This document shows, one piece after another, positions 8,617-19,384 of a DNA stretch of 57,201 bases. The DNA is from Bdellovibrionales bacterium (GTDB taxonomy: Bacteria > Bdellovibrionota > Bdellovibrionia > Bdellovibrionales > DASUEL01): NCBI GenBank assembly GCA_050250255.1, contig JBFWOZ010000016.1, positions 1-57,201 of the forward strand. Direction: 5' to 3'. Made by a program: the position numbers and the translations under genes. The notes below the pieces were generated by a model. The model saw only the letters and a program-made list of their open reading frames with translations. It was not told where the DNA came from and made no database searches. Every line of letters begins with the position of its first letter. Position 1 is the stretch's first letter.

Positions 8617-10626
8617 CTATTTTTCTGTGGTAGTAGCAGGAGCCTCTAGCTTTTTATAGAGATCCTGAAGCAGATTTTTTCTCTGATCTTCGGTGACTGG
8701 TCTCCAGCCTAGGGCGTAAGTCGTTAGCAGCTCTGCGGGAATATCCGTAATGAATCTCGAAGGAGTTGCGGGATAGCTTTTTCCATAACGCACACGATTT
8801 TTTGCACGAGTGATAATGAGTCGTTTTCGTGCACGCGTGATGCCGACGTAAAAGAGTCGTCTCTCCTCGGTAGGATCTTCACCTAAACTCTTATGGGGGA
8901 GGATGTCCTCATCAAGGCCGGCAAGAATTACGACATCAAATTCCAAACCTTTTGCTGCATGAAGAGTCATGAGTTGGATTTGATTTTTTTCTTCATCGCT
9001 ATCGGAATCTCGAAGCTCCATAAAGTTTGCAAACTCCATAAGAACTTTGGGATCGTTGCGATCCATTTTGGACAGAATGCGATCCATGACTTGGCAAAAA
9101 ATCTGAACTAAGTTCCAACGTTTTTGAGCGGCTAGAGCGTCTTTGCTTACGGATGCGAGATACTTGTCATAACCCATTCCCAGCAAAAACATTTTTAAAC
9201 GTTCGCCAGGAGTTTCGGGTCCACCTAAGAGATTTGGTTTTAAATCACGAAGGAGGGTGAAGAGGGATTCAATACTTTGCCCGGCTTTCTCATTCACTTG
9301 TGCTTCTTGCCACTGAATAGCGGCTTTATGAAAAGGAAGATTGTGTGTCTTGGCGTAATTGCTTAATAGCTCAACACTTTGATCTCCGATTCCACGATTG
9401 GGAGTATTAAGAATGCGCCTAAAAGAAACTTCGTTGGGGTGCTGAGAGCAGCGAATGTAAGCCAGAACATCTTTGATTTCTTTACGATCAAAGAAACCTG
9501 TGCCACCAGAAATTTCGTAAGGTATTTTTTGTTTTCGACATTCTACTTCAAACAGAGCCCCTTGGCTGTTGGAGCGGTAGAGGATAGCAATTTGGCGAGG
9601 TTCGACTCCGTTTTTCAGGAAAGAATTTAATTCGCGAAAAATTCCTTCGATTTCTTGTTCATCAGATTCAAAAACGAAAAGCTCGGGAATATCCGTTGCC
9701 TTTTGTATAAGGCCAGGTTTAAGCACCTTGTTGTGCCTCATCGGATTTTTTTGAATCACCGTGTTCGCGAGGTGAAGAATTTTTTGTGAGGACCTGTAGT
9801 TTTGTTCAAGCTTCACGACTTTGCAGGGATGAAAAGTCTTTGGAAAATCCAAAATGTTTTGGATGCAGGCTCCGCGCCAACCGTAAATCGATTGATCATC
9901 ATCCCCCACAACGGTGATGTTACGGTGGGCGGTCACCATTTCTTTGACGAGTCTCATTTGACCAATGTTCGTATCTTGGAACTCATCGATCATGACTTGA
10001 TCGAAGAGATGAGCGACTTTGGTTTTAATTTCAGGATCTTTTTGTATCAGCTCGACCGGTTTTAAAATCAAACTATCAAAATCGACAACACCTAAGTTCT
10101 CTAATTTTTGAATGTAGCGGGGGAGGAGCCACTCGGTCACGATGTCATACTCTTGATGAGTTTTTGCTTTGGTTTGTCCGACTTCTCGCCACTGACTGAT
10201 TTGATTTAGAAGAGCTTCAGTATCAAAATTATCTTTGCCCGGAAATTTTAAATCTTTGAGAAGTTCTTTGACCATCGACTGCGCGTCGTTTTGGTCAATG
10301 ATCCCAAAATATTTAGAGAGTCCTGCTTGCTTGTGAAAAAGTCGAAGAAGATAAACTCCAAAGGAGTGAAAGGTACCAGCACGTAAATACTCGGCGCGAT
10401 CTCCGAGCTTATGAGCGACACGTTCTTTGAGTTCGCGCGCGGCTTTGTTGGTGAAGGTGAGAGCGAGCATCCTTTTTGGATTCACCCCATAGTGATCAAT
10501 CAAATACCCCGTACGCGAAACAAGAACGGTCGTTTTACCAGAGCCCGCGCCGGCAAGGATAAGCATCGGCCCTTCATGATGTTGAACGGCCTGTTGTTGT
10601 TCGGGATTGAGGTTTTGAAGCCACAT
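8617..10626 (-). CDS. UvrD/PcrA/Rep family ATP-dependent DNA helicase
   Basis: AGAGSGKT, TFTNKAA, DEFQD, VGDDDQSIYGWRGA, LEQNYRS, TLHAAKGLEF and EERRLFYVGITRA motifs. Confidence 0.95.
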   Translation of the reverse strand: MWLQNLNPEQQQAVQHHEGPMLILAGAGSGKTTVLVSRTGYLIDHYGVNPKRMLALTFTNKAARELKERVAHKLGDRAEYLRAGTFHSFGVYLLRLFHKQAGLSKYFGIIDQNDAQSMVKELLKDLKFPGKDNFDTEALLNQISQWREVGQTKAKTHQEYDIVTEWLLPRYIQKLENLGVVDFDSLILKPVELIQKDPEIKTKVAHLFDQVMIDEFQDTNIGQMRLVKEMVTAHRNITVVGDDDQSIYGWRGACIQNILDFPKTFHPCKVVKLEQNYRSSQKILHLANTVIQKNPMRHNKVLKPGLIQKATDIPELFVFESDEQEIEGIFRELNSFLKNGVEPRQIAILYRSNSQGALFEVECRKQKIPYEISGGTGFFDRKEIKDVLAYIRCSQHPNEVSFRRILNTPNRGIGDQSVELLSNYAKTHNLPFHKAAIQWQEAQVNEKAGQSIESLFTLLRDLKPNLLGGPETPGERLKMFLLGMGYDKYLASVSKDALAAQKRWNLVQIFCQVMDRILSKMDRNDPKVLMEFANFMELRDSDSDEEKNQIQLMTLHAAKGLEFDVVILAGLDEDILPHKSLGEDPTEERRLFYVGITRARKRLIITRAKNRVRYGKSYPATPSRFITDIPAELLTTYALGWRPVTEDQRKNLLQDLYKKLEAPATTTEK

Positions 10627-10665
10627 CAAAACACTCTAAAGAAGGGGTGAGAGCCATTCAACCCA

Positions 10666-10753
10666 CAAATAGGTGCCAGTGTCTTTTTTCTGGCTACATT
10701 GCTTCATGTAATGGACGCAACGTAGCCAGAAAAAAGACACTGGCACCTATTTG
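10666..10753. repeat. REP-doublet/REPIN-like palindromic element (family 2)
   Basis: Perfect 32-bp inverted repeat caaataggtgccagtgtcttttttctggctac (10666-10697 / 10722-10753) that overlaps the ubiB stop. Confidence 0.85.
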
Positions 10754-12417
10754 CGGATGTAGTTGTAGAAGGCGACGAGGCTTAAGATGAATGCGAGGGA
10801 AAACCCGATGGCGCTAAAGGTGGGCACTTCAGCGATCATGTGAGTATCTTTGAGAAATAAACTTAAGGAAGAACCTAAGATAAGGCTTCCGATGAGGAGT
10901 CCCAAAAAGACGATATTCGATGAAGTTTCTATTGACCTTTTTAATTCTTCTAACTGTTCGACTTCTAACTTCCAAGCGTAATCGGGGCTCGTCATACGAC
11001 GAAGAAGAAGTTTGAGTTGGCGCGGTAAAGTATAGATGAGCGAAGAAGATTCTTTTGTTAAACGGGCGAGATCTTTAGCCACCTTGGAAGGGTCGTATTT
11101 TGTTTTGATCAGTTCACCCGCAAACTCAAGAGAGTAGGTGAGCACATCAAAATCTTCAACGATCAAACGCCCCATCCCCTCAATCGTGACGAGGGATTTA
11201 AAGAGAATCATGAGCTCTGAGGGCAAACGAAGTTTATGTTTCGCGGCGACATGGGCCGAAGACATCATGAGTTTACCGACATTGACATCTCGAAACGTAA
11301 GTCCAAAGTGAGGAGAAATAATTTCTCGAAGATTTTGGGCGAATTCATTGAGATCGACCAGATCGCTGTAAGGAGCCATCTCAACATATTCAAAAGCAAG
11401 TTGCTCGTAATCTTCGCTGGCAAGAGCCATGAACATTCCCGCAACACTGTCTTGAGTTTTTCGACTGAGGCGTCCCACCACTCCAAAATCAATAAGTCCT
11501 AATTGGTTGTTGGGAAGAATAATCAGGTTTCCAGCGTGCAGATCACCATGAAAAAACCCATGTTGAAAGACCGATCGAAAGAAAGCAATGAGGCCTTCTC
11601 TCACAAGTTTTTCAGTGTTGGTACCTTCTTGCTGAAGCGCTTGGGGGTGGCTTAAAGGAAGACCATCAAGAAACTCCATGACCAAAACTTTTTGTCCTGA
11701 AAGGTTTAGGTATACGTCAGGAATTTTAATTGCGGGATTCGTCAAGAAGTTCTTCTGAAATCGCCGCATGTTATTCGCTTCAACGCGAAAATCAGTTTCC
11801 AGTTCCAGAGCTTTAAAAAACTCTTCTACCATGGCGACGGGATTCAAAGGACGCGACTCAGGAACGTATTTTTCTAAAAGGCCCGACATTGTGAATAGAA
11901 CGGTGAGGTCGTCTCGAATGATTCTTTCAATATGAGGCCTTTGAACTTTAACGACAACTTCAGAGCCATCTATCAAAGTGGCCCGATGAACTTGAGCGAT
12001 ACTGGCAGAGCCAATCGGATTTTCATCAAAACGAATAAAAATTTTATTGAGATCGGTTTTAAAATGTTCCTGCAAGATGTTTTTGATGGCGCTATAGGAT
12101 TCCGGCTCTACGCTATCGTGAAGTTTTTTAAATTCGACGATGAAATCTTCAGGAACAATGTCGGCACGGGTGGCGAGAAGTTGCCCGAACTTCACAAAGG
12201 TAGGGCCCAGTTCTTCAAAAGCCATTCGCATACGTTCGGCGGGAGTGAATTGCTCAGGGTCTGTTTCCGTCAGTTTCTTCATGACGTAGCGACCAAGGCG
12301 CGCTTTCTCGAGAACATTTTGAAAGCCGTGTTTTGCAAAAACGCCCGCAATGGTGCGCAGTCGCCCGGCTCCTTTCAAAGTTCTTCCTAGTTGTAGCCCT
12401 GTTGTGAATAACGCCAT
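10747..12417 (-). CDS. ubiB: ABC1/UbiB family atypical protein kinase
   Basis: ELGPTFVKFGQ, ASIAQVHRA, VVVKVQRP, FFHGDLHAGN and DFG motifs, with C-terminal TM helices. Confidence 0.88.
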   Translation of the reverse strand: MALFTTGLQLGRTLKGAGRLRTIAGVFAKHGFQNVLEKARLGRYVMKKLTETDPEQFTPAERMRMAFEELGPTFVKFGQLLATRADIVPEDFIVEFKKLHDSVEPESYSAIKNILQEHFKTDLNKIFIRFDENPIGSASIAQVHRATLIDGSEVVVKVQRPHIERIIRDDLTVLFTMSGLLEKYVPESRPLNPVAMVEEFFKALELETDFRVEANNMRRFQKNFLTNPAIKIPDVYLNLSGQKVLVMEFLDGLPLSHPQALQQEGTNTEKLVREGLIAFFRSVFQHGFFHGDLHAGNLIILPNNQLGLIDFGVVGRLSRKTQDSVAGMFMALASEDYEQLAFEYVEMAPYSDLVDLNEFAQNLREIISPHFGLTFRDVNVGKLMMSSAHVAAKHKLRLPSELMILFKSLVTIEGMGRLIVEDFDVLTYSLEFAGELIKTKYDPSKVAKDLARLTKESSSLIYTLPRQLKLLLRRMTSPDYAWKLEVEQLEELKRSIETSSNIVFLGLLIGSLILGSSLSLFLKDTHMIAEVPTFSAIGFSLAFILSLVAFYNYIRK

Positions 12418-12472
12418 AGCTGTAGCCTCATTTTTAATATCGGCTCATTTTGGGAAAATAATAACGCTCGAC

Positions 12473-14245
12473 CTAAGGCCCGGCTCCGACGCAGTGATGG
12501 GAGGACATTTTGACGGGAGCGGGTTCTTTTGAGAGCTCTCCGGGAGGAGATGTGTCTTCACGAATAAAATAAATATCGAAGGTCACAATCTGTTCATCAA
12601 AGTCATGGGAGGAATTCCATTTACGACAGAGATAACGACCATAAGGTTGACGAAAGCTGCTGTAACCTGCCGTCCATAAATTCATCATGTATTTACGCCA
12701 ACGAAAATCTTCGTAAGTGTTTCTGACATCACGAGGCTTGGACTCTGTCGGAGGTTCATTCGTAAGAGGGTCAATCTCAACGCCGTTGCGAAGTTTTGCT
12801 TTGAGCATATACCAACCGTCATCCGTCAGAGGGTAGGGAGCAAACATCTCCCACTTTTGGTCCACTCTAAGTAAGTAAGCAAAAGAGGAGTGTTTTTGTG
12901 CAATATGAATTCGTGAGCGAGGGAGAGTACCCACGTTCCACATCGTGATATAAAACAATGTGAAAAAACAAAACACAGCTTGATCAAGGGACAAAGAGAA
13001 GTAAGGTGAGTCTGCTTGAAAGGGTTTGGTCTTCGTATCGCAAATTTGATTTCGGCTTTTGGCGATCCATTTATATATTTGATTTCCAATAGGTAACACG
13101 AGTGGAATCGAAAATAAAAAGGTAAAGTGCCGAAAGACTTTCGATTCTTTTAGGATCTCTCTTAAGGCATAAGCTCTTACAAAGGTTTCGCCATTTTCAT
13201 TTTTGAAAACCCAGGAATCCTCTTTTTGAAGGAGAGCGTAAACCTCTGGATTTGATTGGGCCGGCTGAAAAATTTCCGATGGTAAAAAGAAAAATGTTTT
13301 GCAAAGTTCGACCATGCGGAGGCAAAAGTTGCAATCTTGATCGTAATAAGCTGTCCCTTGAAAAGAAACGGCAGGCGTTGAATAGCGGTTCCAAAATCTG
13401 TTAGGTATCAACCCGACAGTAGAGACAATGCTAATCCACACAAAGTTTCCGATTTCGAGCCCTGCACCAAACCCAAGATGCAGCATCCAAAGTCCAAAAA
13501 GCAGAAAGAAACGAATCCACCCATTTTTCCACGGAATGAGAAGCGCTAGAGGTAAAACCCACTCTGTATAATACACCGAGAAACTAAGAAATTTTAAAAA
13601 CTCCAGTGGGAGCTGGCGTAGCCAGATACCGAAGGGAGTGGCAAATTGATCTATATGAAGAGCGAGATAAACGGCACTTCCATCTGTCGTCCACTGTTTT
13701 CCTGTTTTAAGAAGAACAGTAAAGAAGTACACGTAGATGACTTGTAGAGTGTAAGCAATCGTTGCCCAGTTAAACAGTACAGTAGGAGGTGATTTGAGTT
13801 TTTTTCCAAGGGCGGAATCGACAGAATAATAAGTACCCCAAGGTAAAAAGAACCCCCAAAAAAGAAGAAGTCTCAAGAGAACATCTCCTGATTGTAAAAT
13901 GAGTGGCATGCGGGCTTGTAGTGAGATGAGTAAGATCCAGCAGACAAGAGTGGCGTAGCGTGTTTTCCAACCTACCAGAAGAGAAAGCGCAGCCAAAAAA
14001 TTTAAAATGAACAAAATGGTGGGCCACCAGTAGCCAGTACTTAAATAGTAGAGAGACCAAAACCAAGGGCTGCCCCAGAGTTGAAGTAGCTCTATGAGGG
14101 GGAGAACACCCGCATCGGTGTGAAATGCATAGAAGTTAGTACAACGATTAATAAGATCAAAAATGAGAATGAGTGCGACACCCACGCGTAGGAGCGCCAG
14201 CGAGCGAAGATCACAGCCAAAAACTCTTTTGAAAGCCTCAAGCAT
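12473..14245 (-). CDS. HTTM-domain membrane protein with inserted DCC1-like (DUF393) thiol-disulfide domain
   Basis: DLRSLALLR start, GD.LLRLLLFW..FLP, W..DGSAVYLAL and DQKWEMFAP motifs, with an internal YDQDCNFC. Confidence 0.8.
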   Translation of the reverse strand: MLEAFKRVFGCDLRSLALLRVGVALILIFDLINRCTNFYAFHTDAGVLPLIELLQLWGSPWFWSLYYLSTGYWWPTILFILNFLAALSLLVGWKTRYATLVCWILLISLQARMPLILQSGDVLLRLLLFWGFFLPWGTYYSVDSALGKKLKSPPTVLFNWATIAYTLQVIYVYFFTVLLKTGKQWTTDGSAVYLALHIDQFATPFGIWLRQLPLEFLKFLSFSVYYTEWVLPLALLIPWKNGWIRFFLLFGLWMLHLGFGAGLEIGNFVWISIVSTVGLIPNRFWNRYSTPAVSFQGTAYYDQDCNFCLRMVELCKTFFFLPSEIFQPAQSNPEVYALLQKEDSWVFKNENGETFVRAYALREILKESKVFRHFTFLFSIPLVLPIGNQIYKWIAKSRNQICDTKTKPFQADSPYFSLSLDQAVFCFFTLFYITMWNVGTLPRSRIHIAQKHSSFAYLLRVDQKWEMFAPYPLTDDGWYMLKAKLRNGVEIDPLTNEPPTESKPRDVRNTYEDFRWRKYMMNLWTAGYSSFRQPYGRYLCRKWNSSHDFDEQIVTFDIYFIREDTSPPGELSKEPAPVKMSSHHCVGAGP

Positions 14246-14270
14246 GGATCAAACCTCTATAGAGAGAAAC

Positions 14271-16550
14271 TTACCGTCGTGATTTTTTTCCTCGGCCCTT
14301 TTTGTAGCTCTCTTCGTTACGAAAACTTTTTCTGTCTTTATCAAATTTTTTAAAACTCTTTCGTTCTGGCGTCTCATTTTCAGCGCCTTGAGTTTCGAGG
14401 TCTTCTTCACGAGGCTTTCTTCGATCTGTGCCACTTCTTCGTTCATGAGTAGGATTTTTGCCAAAACCAATTCTTGTTCCAAACTTTGGTCCGCCCGAGG
14501 GCCGATCAAAACGTGAAGGATCAAATGTCTTAATTTCTACACGCTCTCCATATCGGTTTTCTACAGACGAGGCTTTATGTTCTGTACCCTTAGTTGGGGC
14601 TGCCTTCTCGCTTCTCTTCCCTGCGAGAAGAAAATCGACTTGACCAAGATCGGGATCTGCCTGGTTAACGACAATCCGGATAGGATCACCAATTTTATAC
14701 ATGCGCTTAGATTTCTTACCGACTAGCATGAGGCGCTCAGGGATAAACTCCCATTTGTCCATACCTAACTCGTCCACTTTGATAAGGCCGTCAACATCAT
14801 ATTCTCTAAGCAGAACGAAGACACCAAACTTAGTAACGGAGCTAATGATGCCGTCGAATTCCTTGCCAATAAATTTACTTAAGAAACGGGCTTTTTTGAT
14901 CGAAACAAATTGCCGCTCGGCCTTTACAGATCTTTGTTCACAGGCAGAAATATGCGTACCTGCGGTATCTAAGTCTTCTTGCTTCACTTTTGGATACTTT
15001 TTGTTTTTGATAATGGCCGATTTGAGCACGCGATGAACGATGAGATCGGCATAACGTCGAATCGGTGAAGTGAAGTGAGTGTAGTTTTCAAAACCTAAAC
15101 CAAAGTGGCCTATGTTGTCGGCGCTGTATTCTGCTTGTTTTAAACTTCTCAAAGCCAAAATATTCAAAATTTGGCCTTGAGGATGATCTTTAAAATCCTC
15201 AAGAGCTTGAGTGATTTTCTTTTGAAGCTCTCCACCTTTAAGTTTTCCTTTGCCGCCAAAGGCATGAATGAAGCTTTCAAGCGACTTCAAGTTCTCACCT
15301 GCGGGCTCTGCGTGTACACGGTAAATAGCAGGAAGATCTCGCTCAATAAAAAAAGTAGCGATAGCCACGTTGGCAGCGAGCATACATTCTTCAATAAGAC
15401 GGTGAGCAAATAATCGCTCGGTTTTTACGATATCTACAGGATTGCCGGCATCATCAATTTGGACTTGAGAATCTGCGATGTTGAGATCAAGAGATCCTCT
15501 TTTGAATCGGCGGCTCATCAGTATTTTTGCAAATCCCGCAAGTTCTTTGATCATCGCTGCGACATCGTTTAATTCACCAGGAGCTGCGCCGTCGATGACT
15601 TCTTGAGCTTGCCCATAAGTCACCCGATGTTTACTTTGAATGACGGCTTCATAAAATTTTGTCGATTGTGGTGAGCCATCAAAACCTATTTGCATTTCTG
15701 CAACTACTGAAAGGCGCGGCACACGTGGTTTGAGGGAGCAGAGTTCGTTACTGAGTGCTTCTGGAAGCATGGGCACGACAAAGTGAGGAAAATAAGTGCT
15801 GTTTCCTCGTTCGTAAGCGTCTTTATCCAGAGGGGAACCTGCTTTGACATAGTGACTGACATCGGCAATCGCCACCCACAAAATGAATCCTTTATTTGTT
15901 TTTTCAACGTAAACAGCATCATCGAAATCTTTTGCCGTGGCTCCATCAATAGTGATGAAAGCTTTGTTTCTTAAGTCTACGCGGTCTTTAAAATCAGTTT
16001 CCGTCACTTCCTTGGGTAGGCGACTAGCTTCTTTTTGGGCTTCTGCAGAAAACTCCATGGGAATACGATGCCCGTAAATCACGCGTTTTGTATCGGTGAG
16101 GGGATCGCCATGACTTCCGAGAATTTCTACGATATTCCCTTGAAAGCCTTCTTCGCTTCCCGGGAAATGATTCACTTGAATAGCAACGAGCTCACTATTT
16201 TTAACCGGCAGCTTAAGAGGGTTGAAAACCTGAAGATCCTCTCCCCAAATGCTCTCTTCATCCACGATCATGCCTTGGGTGGCCGAAGTTCCGTGGTAGC
16301 GCCCAACAACGGTTTTTGTGTTGTGTTCGATAATTTCAACGATTTCCCCACTGAGTCTCGTGCGATCTCCTCCTGGTTGTACGGAGACAAGCACCTTATC
16401 TCGAGTCATCACTCCATCCATTGAGTGGCGAGGAATATAAACATCGGGGTGTGTTCTGTCATCGGCGAGAAGGAATCCAAAGCCGTCGGAATGGCGTTTG
16501 ATGGTTCCTTGAACGAGGTGGGAGGGCTTTTGCTTATTTTTTCTTCTCAT
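14271..16550 (-). CDS. rnr: Ribonuclease R
   Basis: Cold-shock domain (DGFGF), TIDGATAKDFDDA, HFTSPIRRYADL, S1 domain and a basic C-terminal tail. Confidence 0.95.
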   Translation of the reverse strand: MRRKNKQKPSHLVQGTIKRHSDGFGFLLADDRTHPDVYIPRHSMDGVMTRDKVLVSVQPGGDRTRLSGEIVEIIEHNTKTVVGRYHGTSATQGMIVDEESIWGEDLQVFNPLKLPVKNSELVAIQVNHFPGSEEGFQGNIVEILGSHGDPLTDTKRVIYGHRIPMEFSAEAQKEASRLPKEVTETDFKDRVDLRNKAFITIDGATAKDFDDAVYVEKTNKGFILWVAIADVSHYVKAGSPLDKDAYERGNSTYFPHFVVPMLPEALSNELCSLKPRVPRLSVVAEMQIGFDGSPQSTKFYEAVIQSKHRVTYGQAQEVIDGAAPGELNDVAAMIKELAGFAKILMSRRFKRGSLDLNIADSQVQIDDAGNPVDIVKTERLFAHRLIEECMLAANVAIATFFIERDLPAIYRVHAEPAGENLKSLESFIHAFGGKGKLKGGELQKKITQALEDFKDHPQGQILNILALRSLKQAEYSADNIGHFGLGFENYTHFTSPIRRYADLIVHRVLKSAIIKNKKYPKVKQEDLDTAGTHISACEQRSVKAERQFVSIKKARFLSKFIGKEFDGIISSVTKFGVFVLLREYDVDGLIKVDELGMDKWEFIPERLMLVGKKSKRMYKIGDPIRIVVNQADPDLGQVDFLLAGKRSEKAAPTKGTEHKASSVENRYGERVEIKTFDPSRFDRPSGGPKFGTRIGFGKNPTHERRSGTDRRKPREEDLETQGAENETPERKSFKKFDKDRKSFRNEESYKKGRGKKSRR

Positions 16551-16604
16551 AAAACTTTGTGCAATCCTTGCAGTGTAAATCTAAGTTGTCGTTAATGTTA
16601 CTGA

Positions 16605-19313
16605 CTATTTGAGTCTTTCCTGACTCGCTTTCAAGTTTTCAATTTTTGATTTTGTCTCTGCAAGTAGAGCACGGTCTTGGGTGACCACTTCTGCGGGTGC
16701 GTTCTTCACAAAATTTTCATTGGAAAGTTTTTGTGTAAGGAGGTTCACGTCTTTCTGCATTTTTTCGACAAGCTTATCGAGACGTTTGATTTCTTCGTCG
16801 ATATCGATGAGTCCTTCAAGAGGGACCACTACTTGAACTTTTGCGTTGTTCACTTGTACGGGCATCACCGCGCATTTTGAAAGTTGTTTTACTTCACCAA
16901 TTTCGCACTCGCTCAGTTTTGACATGCGAACGATAGATGCTTTGTTGTTGCCAAGAATTTTTTGAACCGTCCCGTCGTGCGGCTCTAAGAGAACTTTGAT
17001 TTCTTGGCCTGGCTTGATGCTGTTCTCGCCGCGAATGTTTCGGATAGCCGCAATCACTTCTTTGACGATTTCAAGTTCAGTCGCGGACTCTTCGCTGCTC
17101 AAAGCGAGCCATTGGCGATCCAAGTGTGTTGTAGGATATTCACTCACAATCAACGCTTCGCTACGAATAGGAAGTTTTTGGTAAAGCGCTTCGGAGATAA
17201 ATGGGGCCATTGGGTGAATGAGACGCATAATACGATTCAAAGTTTGGGCAAGAACAAGCTGAGTGGCTTCACGATTAGGATTTGAAGTGGCATAAACGAT
17301 AGGTTTAATGAACTCTAAATACCAATCACAGAAATCGTTCCATACAAAGCTGTAAACGATGTTGGCCGCATCGGCAAAACGCATTTCTTCGAGAGCTTCG
17401 TTCACGCCGTCTTCAGCCAGACCTAGCTTGTGAATAATCCATTTATCTGGGAGAGAAAGATCATTCTTTTTAGGAAGTGCATTTGTGCCTTCCGCAGGAA
17501 CTTGGAAGTCTTGGAGCGCGCCTAAAGAAAAGCGAGTGGCGTTCCAGATTTTATTCATGAAATTACGGTAGCCTTCTAAACGTTGATCAGAAAACTTCAT
17601 GTCGCGACTGTTGGCCACTTGAGTGAGCAGAGTGAATCTCAAAGCGTCAGTTCCGCTTTTTTCCATCAGCTCGAGAGGATCCACAGTGTTACCTAAAGAT
17701 TTTGACATCTTTCGGCCCTGAGAATCTCGAACGATTCCGTGAATGTAAATCGTGCGAAACGGAACATCTTTTTTGAAGTAAAGTCCCATCATGATCATGC
17801 GTGCGACCCAGAAGAAAATAATTTCGTGGCCGGTGACGAGAACATTTGTAGGATAAAATGTTTTTTGTGTTTCCGTGGCTGCTTCTGACTCGCTAGGCCA
17901 GCCCATCGTGCTGAAAGGCCAGAGACCGGAACTGAACCAAGTATCTAGAACATCTTCGTCTTGTTTAATTTGAGTGCTTTGGCATTTTTCGCAGGCTGTA
18001 GGATCCACTTCGGCGACGGTCGAATGTTCGCAGTCAGCGCAATGCCAAACCGGAATACGATGTCCCCACCAAAGTTGTCTGGAGATACACCAGTCTTGAA
18101 TGTTCTCCATCCAGTGCAAATAAGTTTTTGTCCAGTTCTCTGGTTCGAAAGTGATGGTTCCACTTTCTACGACTCGTCTTGCGGGAGTGGCGAGAGATTT
18201 AATGGAAACGTACCACTGATCCGAAAGATAAGGCTCAATCACTGTCGAGCAGCGTTGGCAATGTCCTATGGAGTGATTGTGATCTTCTTCTTTGACAAGA
18301 ACTTCGGCCGCTTTGAGATCTTCTAAAACCTTCTTGCGGGCTTCGACAGTAGAAAGGCCTTGGTAGGCGCCCGTATTCTCATTGAGGTGACCTGAAGTCG
18401 TAAGAATATTTAAAATCTCAATAGGGTGGCGTTTTGAAACTTCGTAATCGTTAAAATCATGTGCGGGAGTGATTTTCACCACGCCGGAGCCGAATTCTTT
18501 TTCTACGAAATCGTCCCCTAAGATCGGAATTTGGCGGTTGGTGAGCGGAAGCTCGACTTTTTTTCCAATGAGGGATTGATAACGTTCGTCTTGTGGGTGA
18601 ACACTCACAGCCGTATCCCCAAGCATCGTTTCGGGGCGAGTGGTAGCGACAACAACGAATTGATCGCTTCCTTTCACAGGATATTTGATATGCCAGAGTT
18701 TGCCTTTGATTTCTTTATGTTCCACTTCAAGATCTGACACGGCTGTTTCGCAGCGTGGACACCAGTTCACGAGGCGTCGACCTTTATAAATCAATTTGTC
18801 TTTGTAGAGAGTGACAAACACTTTGCGAACGGCTTTGGAAACATCATCGTCCAACGTGAACTTAAGGCGATCCCAATCACAGGAGTCACCAAGTTTTTTC
18901 ATTTGGTGAACGATGCGATCTCCGTAAACCTTTTTCCACTCCCAAACGCGTTCAACAAATTTTTCGCGTCCGAGATCTTTACGAGTTTTCTTTTCTTTCT
19001 TAAGTTCTTTTTCAACAACGTTTTGAGTGGCGATACCAGCGTGATCCGTACCAGGCATCCAAAGAGCATTGAAACCACTCATACGTTTCCAGCGAATCAA
19101 TACGTCTTGAATCGTGTGATCAAGAGCGTGACCTAAATGGAGAGAGCCTGTGACGTTGGGTGGTGGAAGGATAATCGCGTAAGGAGGCTTTGTGGAGCGA
19201 TCCTCTGCTTTGAAGTATCCACCCTTTTCCCAAAATTGATACATTTCCCCTTCAACTTCATTTGGTGTGTAACGGTCAGAAAGGGGTTTTTGATTTTGTT
19301 CTGAAGACGACAT
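16605..19313 (-). CDS. valS: Valine--tRNA ligase
   Basis: PPPNVTGSLHLGH, DHAGIATQ, WCISRQLWWGHRIP and KMSKS motifs, with a C-terminal coiled coil. Confidence 0.98.
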   Translation of the reverse strand: MSSSEQNQKPLSDRYTPNEVEGEMYQFWEKGGYFKAEDRSTKPPYAIILPPPNVTGSLHLGHALDHTIQDVLIRWKRMSGFNALWMPGTDHAGIATQNVVEKELKKEKKTRKDLGREKFVERVWEWKKVYGDRIVHQMKKLGDSCDWDRLKFTLDDDVSKAVRKVFVTLYKDKLIYKGRRLVNWCPRCETAVSDLEVEHKEIKGKLWHIKYPVKGSDQFVVVATTRPETMLGDTAVSVHPQDERYQSLIGKKVELPLTNRQIPILGDDFVEKEFGSGVVKITPAHDFNDYEVSKRHPIEILNILTTSGHLNENTGAYQGLSTVEARKKVLEDLKAAEVLVKEEDHNHSIGHCQRCSTVIEPYLSDQWYVSIKSLATPARRVVESGTITFEPENWTKTYLHWMENIQDWCISRQLWWGHRIPVWHCADCEHSTVAEVDPTACEKCQSTQIKQDEDVLDTWFSSGLWPFSTMGWPSESEAATETQKTFYPTNVLVTGHEIIFFWVARMIMMGLYFKKDVPFRTIYIHGIVRDSQGRKMSKSLGNTVDPLELMEKSGTDALRFTLLTQVANSRDMKFSDQRLEGYRNFMNKIWNATRFSLGALQDFQVPAEGTNALPKKNDLSLPDKWIIHKLGLAEDGVNEALEEMRFADAANIVYSFVWNDFCDWYLEFIKPIVYATSNPNREATQLVLAQTLNRIMRLIHPMAPFISEALYQKLPIRSEALIVSEYPTTHLDRQWLALSSEESATELEIVKEVIAAIRNIRGENSIKPGQEIKVLLEPHDGTVQKILGNNKASIVRMSKLSECEIGEVKQLSKCAVMPVQVNNAKVQVVVPLEGLIDIDEEIKRLDKLVEKMQKDVNLLTQKLSNENFVKNAPAEVVTQDRALLAETKSKIENLKASQERLK

Positions 19314-19384
19314 AAGTTGTTAAAAACTCTAGCCTAAATTAAGACCAGAGACAAGATTAACCTGAGGCGGTTAAACGTCTGTTT

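Noticed and set aside
14249..14524. 91-aa ORF overlapping the rnr 3' end on the same strand
   Set aside because: Alternative frame of the low-complexity basic tail of RNase R, with no RBS or motif.
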